This document shows, piece by piece, positions 9,466 to 19,252 of a DNA stretch of 62,375 nucleotides. The DNA is from an uncultured Verrucomicrobiota bacterium (GTDB lineage Bacteria > Verrucomicrobiota > Verrucomicrobiia > Chthoniobacterales > SZAS-18). Position 1 is the first letter of the stretch. Each line of letters begins with the position of its first letter. The position numbers and the translations under genes were made by a program. The notes beneath the pieces were generated by a model. It had not been told where the DNA came from. It searched no databases and saw only the letters and a list, made by a program, of their open reading frames with translations. The DNA is taken from assembly GCA_964658285.1 (NCBI GenBank), contig CAZZYS010000002.1, forward strand, positions 1 to 62,375, in the 5' to 3' direction.

Positions 9466-11094
9466 ATGAACGATTCCAACCAAAAACAGCTCAACCAGAC
9501 GCTCTGGGATATCGCCGATCAGCTGCGCGGGGCCATGGATGCGGACGACTTCCGCGACTACATGCTGTCCTTCCTCTTCCTGCGCTACCTTTCCGACAAC
9601 TACGAGACGGCGGCGAAGAAGGAGCTGGGCAAAGACTATCCGGACCTGCCAAAGGATGTTCTACTCAAGACCGGGGCTGCAACACCACTTCAAGTTTGGT
9701 ATGAGGAGAACGAAGCCGACGTTCCCAGTTTCGAAAAGCAAATGCGCCGCAAGGTGCATTATGTCATCCGGCCGCCGCACCTCTGGAACGGCATCGCCAA
9801 CCTAGCCCGCACCCAGAACGCGGAACTGCTGAACACGCTGCAAGCGGGCTTCAAATACATCGAAACGGAATCCTTTGAGAGCGCCTTCCAGGGGCTGTTC
9901 TCCGAAATCGACCTGAGTTCCCCGAAGCTGGGCAAGAAATATGAGGACCGGAACGCCAAGCTCTGCACCATCATCCAGAAGATCGCCGAGGGCTTGGCGG
10001 AGTTCTCCACGGACATCGACGCGCTGGGCGATGCCTATGAATACCTGATCGGCCAGTTTGCCGCCGGGTCCGGCAAAAAGGCGGGCGAGTTCTACACCCC
10101 GCAGCAGATTTCCGACATCCTCTCTGCCATCGTCACGCTGGACAGCCAGGAACCGAAGACCGGCACGAAGAAGCGGCTGGAGAGCGTGATGGACTTCGCC
10201 TGCGGCTCCGGTTCCCTCCTTCTCAACGTGCGCCATCGGGTAAAAGACGCAGGTGGCACCATCGGCAAAATCTTCGGCCAGGAGAAGAACATCACCACCT
10301 ACAACCTCGCCCGCATGAACATGCTGCTGCACGGGGTGAAGGACACAGAGTTCGAAATATTCCACGGCGACACCCTGCTCAACGAGTGGGATATGATGCG
10401 CGAGCAAAACCCGGCCAAGAAGCCGAGCTTCGATGCCATCGTCGCCAACCCGCCCTTTAGCTACCGCTGGGAGCCCACCGACGCCCTGGCCGACGACGTG
10501 CGCTTCAAAAGCCACGGCCTCGCCCCCAAATCCGCCGCCGATTTCGCCTTCCTGCTGCACGGCTTCCACTATCTAAAGGACGAAGGCGTGATGGCGATCA
10601 TCCTGCCCCATGGCGTACTCTTCCGTGGCGGTGCCGAGGAACGCATCCGCACCAAACTGCTCAAAGACGGCCACATCGACACGGTCATCGGCCTGCCCGC
10701 GAATCTCTTCTACTCCACCGGCATTCCGGTTTGCATCCTCGTCCTCAAGAAGTGCAAGAAGCCAGACGACGTGCTCTTCATCAACGCCGCCGAACACTTC
10801 GTGAAAGGCAAGCGCCAGAACCAAATGAGCGGGGAGAACATCGCGAAGATCATCGCCACCTACCAGAACCGCACGGAAGCGCCCTGTTACTCCCGCCGCG
10901 TGGAGATGGCCGAGATCGAAAAGAACGACTTCAACCTGAACATCTCCCGCTACATCAGCACGGCGCTATCGCAGGACGAAATCGTTCTCGCAGATGTGCA
11001 TCGGGAATTGATGGAAGCGGACGCCAAGGTCCAAGAGGCAATCGGCAGGCACAACGCGTTTCTAGAGGAGCTGAAACTGCCGTTGTTACCTTAG
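9466..11094 (+). CDS. hsdM: type I restriction-modification methyltransferase subunit M (N6-adenine)
   Basis: LWDIADQLRG, GEFYTP, DFACGSGSLL, NPPF motif, DFNLNISRY. Confidence 0.96.
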   Translation: MNDSNQKQLNQTLWDIADQLRGAMDADDFRDYMLSFLFLRYLSDNYETAAKKELGKDYPDLPKDVLLKTGAATPLQVWYEENEADVPSFEKQMRRKVHYVIRPPHLWNGIANLARTQNAELLNTLQAGFKYIETESFESAFQGLFSEIDLSSPKLGKKYEDRNAKLCTIIQKIAEGLAEFSTDIDALGDAYEYLIGQFAAGSGKKAGEFYTPQQISDILSAIVTLDSQEPKTGTKKRLESVMDFACGSGSLLLNVRHRVKDAGGTIGKIFGQEKNITTYNLARMNMLLHGVKDTEFEIFHGDTLLNEWDMMREQNPAKKPSFDAIVANPPFSYRWEPTDALADDVRFKSHGLAPKSAADFAFLLHGFHYLKDEGVMAIILPHGVLFRGGAEERIRTKLLKDGHIDTVIGLPANLFYSTGIPVCILVLKKCKKPDDVLFINAAEHFVKGKRQNQMSGENIAKIIATYQNRTEAPCYSRRVEMAEIEKNDFNLNISRYISTALSQDEIVLADVHRELMEADAKVQEAIGRHNAFLEELKLPLLP

Positions 11095-11753
11095 TTTGGG
11101 AACCGAAAGCGGCCATGATCTACAACTGCCAGCTCAATATTGCCCAAGGTAAGCGTGCGAGGGCTGGGCGTCATCGGTGGCAACGAAAGCGTCGTCCGGT
11201 CCGTAGGCTGCGCCAAGTCGGCCGGGTGGGGGAGAGATGCCCAACCGGCGGTTCGCTGTCTCCAGACGGGCGGGCAATAATGTTCTAATACGTCCCGATG
11301 TCCGAGTGCGACAGGACGGTCACTGGCGGCACAGCACGACCGTTGAGCGCGGGGTAATGCTTGTGTGGGGTGAAAAGCCGCTCCGTAAACCAATCGCTCT
11401 GCAACACCCGGCTCATGACCTTACAGTCGGGCAACACCAGTGTGAAAAGCTCCTCGCCCGGCAGGTGCGGTAGGTAATGTTGCGGTCGCCCTTGGCTTTT
11501 TCGCGAAATGTTTGCTGCCCTTGCGATGCCCGACCTGCATTTTATGCGCATTGAGGAACTCGATCGGTAGCCCAAAATCTCCTCAATCACACAACCTCTC
11601 GGCTGTTGCCGGGGGCCGTCCGCTTCAACCCAGTTGCCAGGAGCACCGCGGTCTGCCGCAGAGCGAGGATGTAATTCTGTGCTTTTGGACAAGTCACAAC
11701 CGAGGCACACGCGCCGGCTGTGTTCCGATTACACGTGTCGAAAGTGTTTTTGT

Positions 11754-13259
11754 TCAACCAACGCTCGAAAAATCAAACTGATCCTCGAAATGCTGCCGGA
11801 ACGGCTTGATCGAGGGAACAATCTCGACAATATAGTTCATTAATGTATGTATCTGCTTGTCGAGTGGACGGAGGACCGGTCTGAGGCGTTCCAACCGCGT
11901 ACGCTCTTTGCCTCTTACAGCAAACGTCGCGATCTCCGCTTTTAAGAATACCATGAGAGCCTTCCAATGCTCATCGCTAACTTCTTCTAACCCTATACCC
12001 AGACATCCGGCGCTCGTCAAAATAACTACGGGAGGGTCCATAGAACCCAAGTCGTAAATCAGCTCGTCGAGATCGATTTCAATACCTCTTCGCCGCTTTC
12101 GCTCAATCAAGGGTTTCGCACGCCTCTGAATGTACTCAGACACGTGTGCTGGCGATTCGTAGCTAAAAAGAGCATCAAGAGAATCGGAATAAAGCGGCCA
12201 ACCTAAAGTTTCAGACCACCGATCAAGACTCTTTACATAGTTTGGTGATCGTCTAGTGTCAAACTCAATCGGATGAATCTGACGGGAGGCTAAAGCCTTT
12301 ACGATTGTATAAAATCGCGTCACGGGATCCAAAAAATTCCACTCAGGCGACGTTCTCCAGAGCTTGACCAAAGCAGGGTGTATTGGCGCCATAAGTGAGA
12401 GTTCAAGCGTCAATACAAGATTGCTTAGCAACGTAGCGAAAGCGCGAGGCGTTGGAGGCGTTTTATCGCGGAATGGCGCGTCACAAACTTGACCGGCATA
12501 GAACCAAAACTCAAGTTGCGCTATGCCGTACGTACCAGCAAAACTTGATATAAAGAATTCAAAGTCTAGCACCTCGGCATTGGCTTGGTGAATCCAACGA
12601 TTTTCGAATTCAACAGTTCGGGCGTAGCCTTCAAGCAAATCGAGGCCCGTCATGACCTCGCGGCGCAAATTCAAGGCAGTGGTGGAAACTCTGCTTCGTT
12701 GCGGATTCGCTGTCGACAAAAGCGCCAAATCCGGCAACGGGCCGCTGTTCGGTTGCAACTGGCGTGCCTCGATCAATTCCCTCCACCAGAACAACCGGAT
12801 TGGCAGAGAGAAGTTGCCCTGCGCTGATGGAATTGGAGATAAAAGAAGCTGGTCAAGCTTTCGGAACATCCGCCACTCCTCCGCCAGCGATTGAGAACTG
12901 AACGAAGGCTCAATAGTGTCGTCAAGCAGAGGACGCCCGGCAAAAGAATCTCCTGCCTCTCGGAGCAACTGAAACCCGATGTCACTTAAATGATTGCGCA
13001 CCAGTAGAATGCTCAGTCCCACTGCTGTTGTTGTTAGATGGTAATAGTGCAATAACTCATGAGAAAGTGTACCGATTCTTGAATGAGTGCTACGGCAGAA
13101 CCGAAGGAGCTTTCCACCCTTTTCAAATTCCTCTGTGCTAACCAAATCCTCGGTAAATTCCCAAGGGAGGCAGACCAGCAAGCCTTCGGGAATACACTCG
13201 CCGGCCGCGTCATTCAAACGGTCCCCAAGCGAAATTGTCTCATCAAAACGCATTACCAT
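11754..13259 (-). CDS. hypothetical protein with HExxH zinc-metallopeptidase motif
   Basis: 501 aa; TLSHELLHYYH (HExxH) and a downstream LLEGYA resembling the gluzincin third-ligand motif. Confidence 0.7.
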   Translation of the reverse strand: MVMRFDETISLGDRLNDAAGECIPEGLLVCLPWEFTEDLVSTEEFEKGGKLLRFCRSTHSRIGTLSHELLHYYHLTTTAVGLSILLVRNHLSDIGFQLLREAGDSFAGRPLLDDTIEPSFSSQSLAEEWRMFRKLDQLLLSPIPSAQGNFSLPIRLFWWRELIEARQLQPNSGPLPDLALLSTANPQRSRVSTTALNLRREVMTGLDLLEGYARTVEFENRWIHQANAEVLDFEFFISSFAGTYGIAQLEFWFYAGQVCDAPFRDKTPPTPRAFATLLSNLVLTLELSLMAPIHPALVKLWRTSPEWNFLDPVTRFYTIVKALASRQIHPIEFDTRRSPNYVKSLDRWSETLGWPLYSDSLDALFSYESPAHVSEYIQRRAKPLIERKRRRGIEIDLDELIYDLGSMDPPVVILTSAGCLGIGLEEVSDEHWKALMVFLKAEIATFAVRGKERTRLERLRPVLRPLDKQIHTLMNYIVEIVPSIKPFRQHFEDQFDFSSVG

Positions 13260-13388
13260 AGTGCCCTTATGTAAGACGCGCGATTTTAATAATACGAGGA
13301 GCGGTGGGTGAACGCTTGGTCGCCGTAGACCGAAGCAGGACCGCGGGATGCATTGGCCTGTTCCTCCAGAGAGCGAAGTCGCGCAACA

Positions 13389-13757
13389 TTAAGGAGAACG
13401 ATGCGGTGTTTTTGAATCATTCCGTACCCAAGCTTCTATCACTTCGGCAGAATCTCGGACGTTGCGAAGGTCCCACTCTTCTGTCGTGCCGTTCGATTTG
13501 CGTTTGAGCTTGATAGTTCGTCCCTTTCCCTGCCAAAGCAGAACTATTGATGCTAAGATGGGAAGAGCGGTTGTTGAGATCGCTATCCAGTAGCTTGGAT
13601 CGACAGAATGGAGGTCCGCGCTGTCTTCCGTCTCAGAAGGTGGATAATCCACATCTTTGGTAGACGTAGCTCTCATGAGTTGATCGTGAAAGAAGTCCTG
13701 TCCTTCAGCTATCTCGGTGATGTCGAATCGCAAACCGATGAGGTACTTGTCGTTCAT
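13389..13757 (-). CDS. EACC1-like small membrane protein
   Basis: 122 aa; acidic N-part, hydrophobic helix (YWIAISTTALPILASIVLLW), then basic beta hairpin RTIKLKRKSNG..E.DLRNV; this is the EACC1 layout as I recall it. Confidence 0.55.
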   Translation of the reverse strand: MNDKYLIGLRFDITEIAEGQDFFHDQLMRATSTKDVDYPPSETEDSADLHSVDPSYWIAISTTALPILASIVLLWQGKGRTIKLKRKSNGTTEEWDLRNVRDSAEVIEAWVRNDSKTPHRSP

Positions 13758-13758
13758 T

Positions 13759-14289
13759 CTATTGTGTGTTTGGCTTGGTCGAAAGTTTTTCTCGAATGCT
13801 TAGATTACATGGGTGCGGTAGAGTTGCAAAGCACGCCAATTTGATCTTGTGCTTACAGACATGAGTTTTTTGTACAACTAAAATGGGCGTATGACTTGTA
13901 ACCGGACCTGTTGATACCGCCTGCTGTGGGCTGTTGAGACTCGTACGGAATAAGCGTTTTCGCCAGAGGCTTTTGGCCCCTTCGTAGAGCTGGAAGAGGG
14001 GAGTTGAAGCGCTGTCGATGATCAGCCAGTCGCAAAACCGCAAGTCGCGGGACTCCATCCGGACCAAGCCCCAGCAAAACGCCTGTGCCGACGCGCTTAG
14101 CGGTCGCATGCACGAGTGCTTCGGTGCTCCCTTGGTTCCCGCCTGAATACTTTCGCCGAGGTAGGGCACCCGTTCATCGAATCCCCAATTCACCCCGACG
14201 GCCCGTAGCCCCGCCGCCAGCGGGCGCAATACCCCAGTGTGCTTCCGGCTGTGGCTCAAGAAAATATCAAGGGAAAATACATCCGGCAC
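13759..14289 (-). pseudogene. degenerate TIR-domain gene
   Basis: From GTG 14289: DIFLSHS...LRAVGVNWGFDE...GESI...SAQAF...MESRDLRF, which follows the TIR_2 pattern (DVFLSHS..LR..GL.VWFDE..GDSI..SAQAF..W..LE..F) but is heavily substituted; C-terminal part looks like noise. Confidence 0.6.
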
Positions 14290-14390
14290 GAAGCGGGAGA
14301 ATAGACAATCACCGAAAAAACGCGAGTCATTACGCACGTAAGTCTCGATTTCGAATAGCGGTCGTCCCCGAGCTTGCCCCGTTCGAGACA

Positions 14391-14515
14391 GGGCCCCCCG
14401 TTGAAATTTTTTGGGTCCACCCGTGGCAGCCCCAGTCCACATTTAAGCGAAACCTAATCCCAGTGGCGAAACATGGTTTGGCAGCTCCTGTCCACTCAGG
14501 GTCGCATCGGTCAAA
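14391..14515. repeat. att-arm repeat copy A (truncated, lacks core)
   Basis: gggccccccg...ttgggtccacccgtggcagccccagtccacat...cagtgg...tgtccactc...cgcatcggtcaaa aligns with 15420-15557 and 26334-26467 and diverges before the TTGCGAA core. Confidence 0.85.
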
Positions 14516-14558
14516 CCAAAGTTTGGTGGCTTTCTTCCCCTACTTGTTTGGCGTCTCC

Positions 14559-15386
14559 TCAGAGTTTCCCGGCGAATTTTGATTGATACAGCGCCAGCGG
14601 GGATAGTCCCCCAAAACTCATATTGCCGATACCCGACAATTTCTCTTCCGGTACGGCTGTCGCCACAGGAGTATACTTCAATCTAGCGCCTCTCAAACCT
14701 TCTACGCTGAACACGGGAAATGAGTCAAATATCTCGGGAACGTGGCGGGCAATATACTCGAGTTGATGATTCGGAGGCACTCCTCTTCTTGATAGTGCAG
14801 CGCGTACAGATGGGCTGAGAACTTCCATGGGATCGGCATACCCGGGCTCGCCGCTCTCAGCCAGAACCACTTCCGGGATATAAACTAGGTCGCTGGCGTC
14901 GTAGGGTTGTTGTTTCACTGTGATGTCGACGACTCGGTATGGTGGGGCGTACAACCACATGTGACCGGCTACGGCTTCATCGTTCCCATGGTCGACGGAA
15001 TAATAGTGGCGGGGAGGCGAGCCATATTGCGGCGGAAATGAGATTGTTAGAGAGCCCTTGATGCAGCAACTCCAGACATCCTCCTCTTCAAGCATACGAA
15101 GCAAAATTCCTGATATGTCGACGCATGCTCCCCGCCTTCCGTGGGCAACCAACTCTTCATGAAGGAGCGAGGCAGCCCTAGCGATGGTCTCTTTCGCCCT
15201 TGCTAAATAATCGCCGTCGTACGGACGCTTCGCAACATATGCCGCGTATCGGTCGAGATAATGCGGATCGGTACGTTCTGCGGCTCGGAATGGCGGATCA
15301 TCACAGAAACCCGGCCGAGTAAAGGCAATATTGCGATTCGTGAAGTCCTGTTCAAGGGCAGAAAGATCACTAGTGTATGGGTTCAT
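14559..15386 (-). CDS. transglutaminase/papain-like Cys-His-Asp protein
   Basis: Likely start ATG 15386 (275 aa; the upstream ORF extension runs through the repeat); GACVDIS, GHMWL and VVDIT motifs in triad order. Confidence 0.7.
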   Translation of the reverse strand: MNPYTSDLSALEQDFTNRNIAFTRPGFCDDPPFRAAERTDPHYLDRYAAYVAKRPYDGDYLARAKETIARAASLLHEELVAHGRRGACVDISGILLRMLEEEDVWSCCIKGSLTISFPPQYGSPPRHYYSVDHGNDEAVAGHMWLYAPPYRVVDITVKQQPYDASDLVYIPEVVLAESGEPGYADPMEVLSPSVRAALSRRGVPPNHQLEYIARHVPEIFDSFPVFSVEGLRGARLKYTPVATAVPEEKLSGIGNMSFGGLSPLALYQSKFAGKL

Positions 15387-15419
15387 AGCTACAACAGCAA
15401 CGTTTGGGATGATTGCGCA

Positions 15420-15696
15420 GGGCCCCCCGTTAGGTCCCCCCGGTGAAAAAATTTGGGTCCACTCGTGGCAGCCCCAGTCCACATTTCGGTGAATGATGAT
15501 TCCAGTGGCCGGGTGCGGGTTGGAAGCTCCAGTCCACTCGTGACCGCATCGGTCAAATTGAGTCAATTTCGTCCAAATAACCCTTGCGAAAGAGAGAAAG
15601 GGCGATTTTGAATAAAAATTAAGTATATGCTGTAGAGCAACTTACGATAGATATAATGCGAATTTTCCACGTTTGGACCCCCGGTTTGGTCCCCCG
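15420..15696. repeat. attP-like junction: arm copy B + core TTGCGAA (15584-15590) + opposite arm
   Basis: Last 32 bp identical to 26469-26500; arm-type repeats gttaggtccccccg on the left and tandem gtttggacccccg/gtttggtcccccg (15671-15696) on the right, same orientation. Confidence 0.85.
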
Positions 15697-15959
15697 TATG
15701 AAAAGCGGAGCGTCTCGTTGATTGCTGGGACGAATACTAAGCCCGAAAAGTCTGATGCAGAGTCATTTGCATTCACTTGTTGCGACAGTACGGCGAGAGG
15801 GCTCACCCCTTACCGAGGACTGGCGGAAAGCACGCCAACAGCTAACCAGCCACAGATCAGTGTTGCCAAACCGCTGAGAAGTGTTTTCGCAGGCGCGAGG
15901 TCAGCGCATGGTTCTGCGAATCGTCATCAACGATCCGCTAGACAGTGACAAAATACCGG

Positions 15960-16403
15960 CTATTTCTTTGGTCCGGAGCGCCGAGTTCGCGTGGTCTTGT
16001 AAACTCCCGGCGTTTCAGCTACCAAGGCAACCCCTTCAGCCGCATGTTTGCGAGGGCGGCCTCGTGGAGATTTCAGACGTTCTGGCGTCGCTGCCAGAAG
16101 GGCCTCGCCCCCCGGTAATGTCTGGGCATGCGCTTTCGCCATTTCGCGCACGAAAGCCGAACTGCTTCCCAGATATTTAAGCGTGAACAATTCTTCCTTG
16201 AGTGCGGTGGCGGCACCGGTGCGCATGTATTTGTCGTCGACCAGCCACTTGGCTAGCGCTCCAAGCAGTTTTTCGCTCGGCATGCGTTGCCCATTTTCGA
16301 TCTTTATCCAGCCTGGTGACGATACGAGGCCCTGCGCTCCGAAGGCTTCCTGTGAAAGGCCCAGTTCGCGGCGAAGAGCTTTCAAGCGATTTGCAAGGTT
16401 CAT
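15960..16403 (-). CDS. XRE-family HTH regulator with C-terminal AT-hook-like motif
   Basis: MNLANRLKALRRELGLSQEAF...WIKIENGQRMPS; PRGRPRK near the C-terminus. Confidence 0.85.
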   Translation of the reverse strand: MNLANRLKALRRELGLSQEAFGAQGLVSSPGWIKIENGQRMPSEKLLGALAKWLVDDKYMRTGAATALKEELFTLKYLGSSSAFVREMAKAHAQTLPGGEALLAATPERLKSPRGRPRKHAAEGVALVAETPGVYKTTRTRRSGPKK

Positions 16404-16828
16404 GGGGATAGAAGATTGCAGAATATTTTCGAACGGCAAGAAGATACCCTTCTCTGGAAGTAGGCAGGAGCACTCGGCGTTCTGGCGATCAGATTTGCCG
16501 CGGCGACGAAGGCCGGAGGGATTGGTTCATCGCAAGACTGTTGCACTGAATAATCAACCTGATGCGTGCGGGCAATTGACGGCGGGTCGGTCAGCATCGG
16601 ATTCTCGAGTGGTCGTTATGCATTTTGCTGGCTTGCCCTTCCTTCGCGGTGCCTTCAGTCTGTACCGTTTCTTCGACAGTCAGTTCAGATGAGTCTCTCG
16701 GAGGAGAGGATTCCACGACCGGGAGGATAAAAAGTGAGTGATGAAGTGCCCGAGAGTGATTTTCAGCTCGGTTTATGCCGTTTCTAAAATTGGGGCCGGT
16801 ATTTCGTATCAGACGCTGACAGAGTTCG

Positions 16829-17206
16829 TTACAGCTTTTTCTGTGTGCGGCGCTTCCGATGTGGTTTGGTCCGAAACACAGCTGGGTCTTCCGATACCGT
16901 GATGGCTGTTCCGCCGAAGAGTTCTTCGGCATGATCGCGTGCAAGACGACGAACAAACGCTGATCGGTTGTTGATGTGCTTAAGCGTCAGAAGCTCCTCA
17001 AGAAGGCGTCCGGCGGAAGTCACCGTCACATATTCCCTTCTGAGCAACCAAGAGACCAATCGAAGGATAAGGATATCACTCGGTTGACGCTGACCACCCT
17101 CGATTTTGACCCAACCGGGCACAGAGACAAATCCCTGTGAACCGATGGCTTTTTGAGACAGCCCGACATCACCACGCAGTTTCTTCAACCGCTCTTTCAG
17201 CGTCAT
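16829..17206 (-). CDS. XRE-family HTH regulator (paralog of 15960..16403)
   Basis: MTLKERLKKLRGDVGLSQKAIG...WVKIEGGQRQPS; clear similarity to the neighbour (EELLTLK, SAFVR). Confidence 0.8.
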   Translation of the reverse strand: MTLKERLKKLRGDVGLSQKAIGSQGFVSVPGWVKIEGGQRQPSDILILRLVSWLLRREYVTVTSAGRLLEELLTLKHINNRSAFVRRLARDHAEELFGGTAITVSEDPAVFRTKPHRKRRTQKKL

Positions 17207-17440
17207 GGCCAGTGATACTGTCACGGGAAAGCGCCAAGGAAAGTGAAAAATATACGTGCTTCGACTCGACGGTGGGCGCGGTTTTACAAACTGTTCGGTC
17301 GTGCGCTTTCCCCGCGTCAATCCCGATCTGTTCGACACGAGTTTCTGGATTGTCACCCTGTCAAAGGTGATGCGTCGTTCGACGATCCACCGGAGTACGC
17401 GAAAATGATAGATTGAGAACGGTGACCCGCTACGCAGCTC

Positions 17441-18223
17441 GGTAGTGGTTGTTGATTGAGTGACAAGGGGTCTTTTTTCGACGATGAAGGGGCATGAAAT
17501 CTTCTGCTCGCTGTTGTGCGACCTGCGGCAGCATGTCCATCGTCAAAAGTGGCCACAACTCCTGCGGCACCCAGCAGTTTCTCTGCAAGGTGTGCGGGGC
17601 ACACCGCGTTCTGGCGGCCAAAAGCCCGGCCACCGATCCCGAGCGCAAGGTCATGGTCCTGCGAGCCGTGGAAGTCGAGCGCCTGAGCCTGCGGGCTGCC
17701 GAGCGGGTCTTTGGCGTGGCCCGGCAAACCATCGCCCGGTGGCTCGAAAAAAAGCCGAAAGTTTGCCACCCTTGAGCGAGACGCTTTTGCCTGCGGAGGC
17801 GGGCGACGTGTTGGAACTGGATGAACTCTGGAGCTTTGTCGGTGCCAAGGCCAACCCCCGTTGGGTCTGGATCGTGCTCTGCCGTCAGACCCGCCAAGTG
17901 GTCGCCTACTTCGTCGGGGACCGCTCGGCCGAGAGCGCCCGCGCTTTGCGTGAACGCCTCCCGCCAGACTACCGCTGCCGGGCCACCCGCAGCGATTTTT
18001 GGCTCGCCTACGCCGAGGTGTTTCCCCAGCGCACGCGCCGTTGCTGTGACAAAAGCGAAGGCGAGACCTGCCACGTCGAACGCTGGAACTGCACCCTGCG
18101 CCAGCGACTGGGACGTTTCGTGCGTAAGACGCTCTCCTTTTCCAAGTGTGAGCGAATGCACGAAGTGGCTCTGCGCCTGTTCGTGTATCACTATAACCTT
18201 TCACTTGCTCCATAACCACTACC
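17441..18223 (+). mobile_element. IS1-family insertion sequence (783 bp)
   Basis: Terminal IRs GGTAGTGGTT (17441) / AACCACTACC (18214-18223); 8-bp target duplication CGCAGCTC at 17433-17440 and 18224-18231. Confidence 0.95.
17494..18215 (+). CDS. IS1-family transposase InsAB' (-1 programmed frameshift)
   Basis: InsA zinc ribbon/HTH (CATCGS...CKVCG, 17494..17775); A7 run at about 17747-17753; DDE part ELDELWSFVG...SDFW...HVERWNCTLRQRLGRFVRKTLSFSK in the -1 frame. Confidence 0.9.
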
Positions 18224-18547
18224 CGCAGCTCCGACAAAGCGAGCAGTGTTTATCTAGTTTTGCAGTAACAGGGCAACCCGAAGAGATTTCGCGGAAAACT
18301 CGAGAAAACCCATGGTGAGACCTGCGCTTTCGCTGTCGAGACGCTGCTCTTGCGGGCGTCGCGGCGATGCGGATTCGGCTGAACTCAGTGCCGACATGAC
18401 GGAACCGCGTTTCATGAATCGACACATGTTCCGGTCAGCGAAATTTTGTAAGGGGATCAGGAAAATTCCGTATTCCCTATTCAAACAATAACCGCCATTT
18501 CCGCAAAACACCGTCCCCCGACACTTCGATTGTCAACTTGAAACTGC

Positions 18548-19252
18548 ATGAAGCGTGCGCGCACCCCCAAAGTTCGGGATCGAATCGACCGACCACTTTC
18601 CCGGGAAAACAAGTCACTTAGTTCCCTTAAATCATCGAATCAAAACGGCCCAGATACCGCTGCAAACAACCCTTCGCCCGGTTCTGAGACGATCAACTAC
18701 ATCACCGGACACCGGGAACGCGTGAGCACGCCTTGGGAACCGTCAGAACTTTTGATTGAGGGCGGCCCGGGCAGTATGATGGTCGATTTGCGGGGGATGG
18801 GGGTGGATCTTCACCCAGCAGCATTTGCCTTTCGGATGCCGGATGATTCCATGACCGATGAGCAGATCCGTTGTGGCGACATTGCGATCGTCGAGCCGTG
18901 TGTCTCGGAACTGAAAGAAGGCGATATTATCATGCTCGCTCTCAACGGTATGGCGACTCTGCGCCGAGTAACGTTACGCGGAGCGATTACGTATTTCCAA
19001 GGCAACCAGCACGAGCAGTCACCGCTTCTACCCGCGTGGGAACACGCCTTCTCGGGTGTGGTCACTGCCGTCTTCCGGACCTATTACCACGGCAGACTGC
19101 TGCACCGCTCGCGGGAAGCCGACGAAAAGCCGAAAGGTAGGCCGAAAAAGTCGCCGAAGCAGCGCGGGGACAAAAAACAGATTACCTGCTGCGGAAACCG
19201 TTTGCGTGACGACCCACCAGAAGCCGACGAATCAAATTGGCGCGCTCATTGA
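18548..19252 (+). CDS. LexA/S24 peptidase-like protein lacking an HTH
   Basis: AFAFRMPDDSMTDEQIRCGDIAIVE...EGDII...NGMATLRRV...GVV; catalytic Ser present (DSM), general-base Lys appears replaced by Arg (TLRR). Confidence 0.7.
   Translation: MKRARTPKVRDRIDRPLSRENKSLSSLKSSNQNGPDTAANNPSPGSETINYITGHRERVSTPWEPSELLIEGGPGSMMVDLRGMGVDLHPAAFAFRMPDDSMTDEQIRCGDIAIVEPCVSELKEGDIIMLALNGMATLRRVTLRGAITYFQGNQHEQSPLLPAWEHAFSGVVTAVFRTYYHGRLLHRSREADEKPKGRPKKSPKQRGDKKQITCCGNRLRDDPPEADESNWRAH

Noticed and set aside
11100-11750. Possible gene remnant after hsdM (ORF 11285..11710)
   Set aside because: No recognisable motif and interrupted frames; cannot be supported without a homology search.
14391-15590. CRISPR array or integron attC sites
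   Set aside because: Repeats are 125-170 bp, only three, kilobases apart, with no cas genes and no attC-type RYYYAAC/GTTRRRY palindrome.
17460-18215. Single 251-aa transposase ORF
   Set aside because: Its N-terminal third is non-homologous; the true N-terminus is InsA (17494..) joined by a -1 frameshift.
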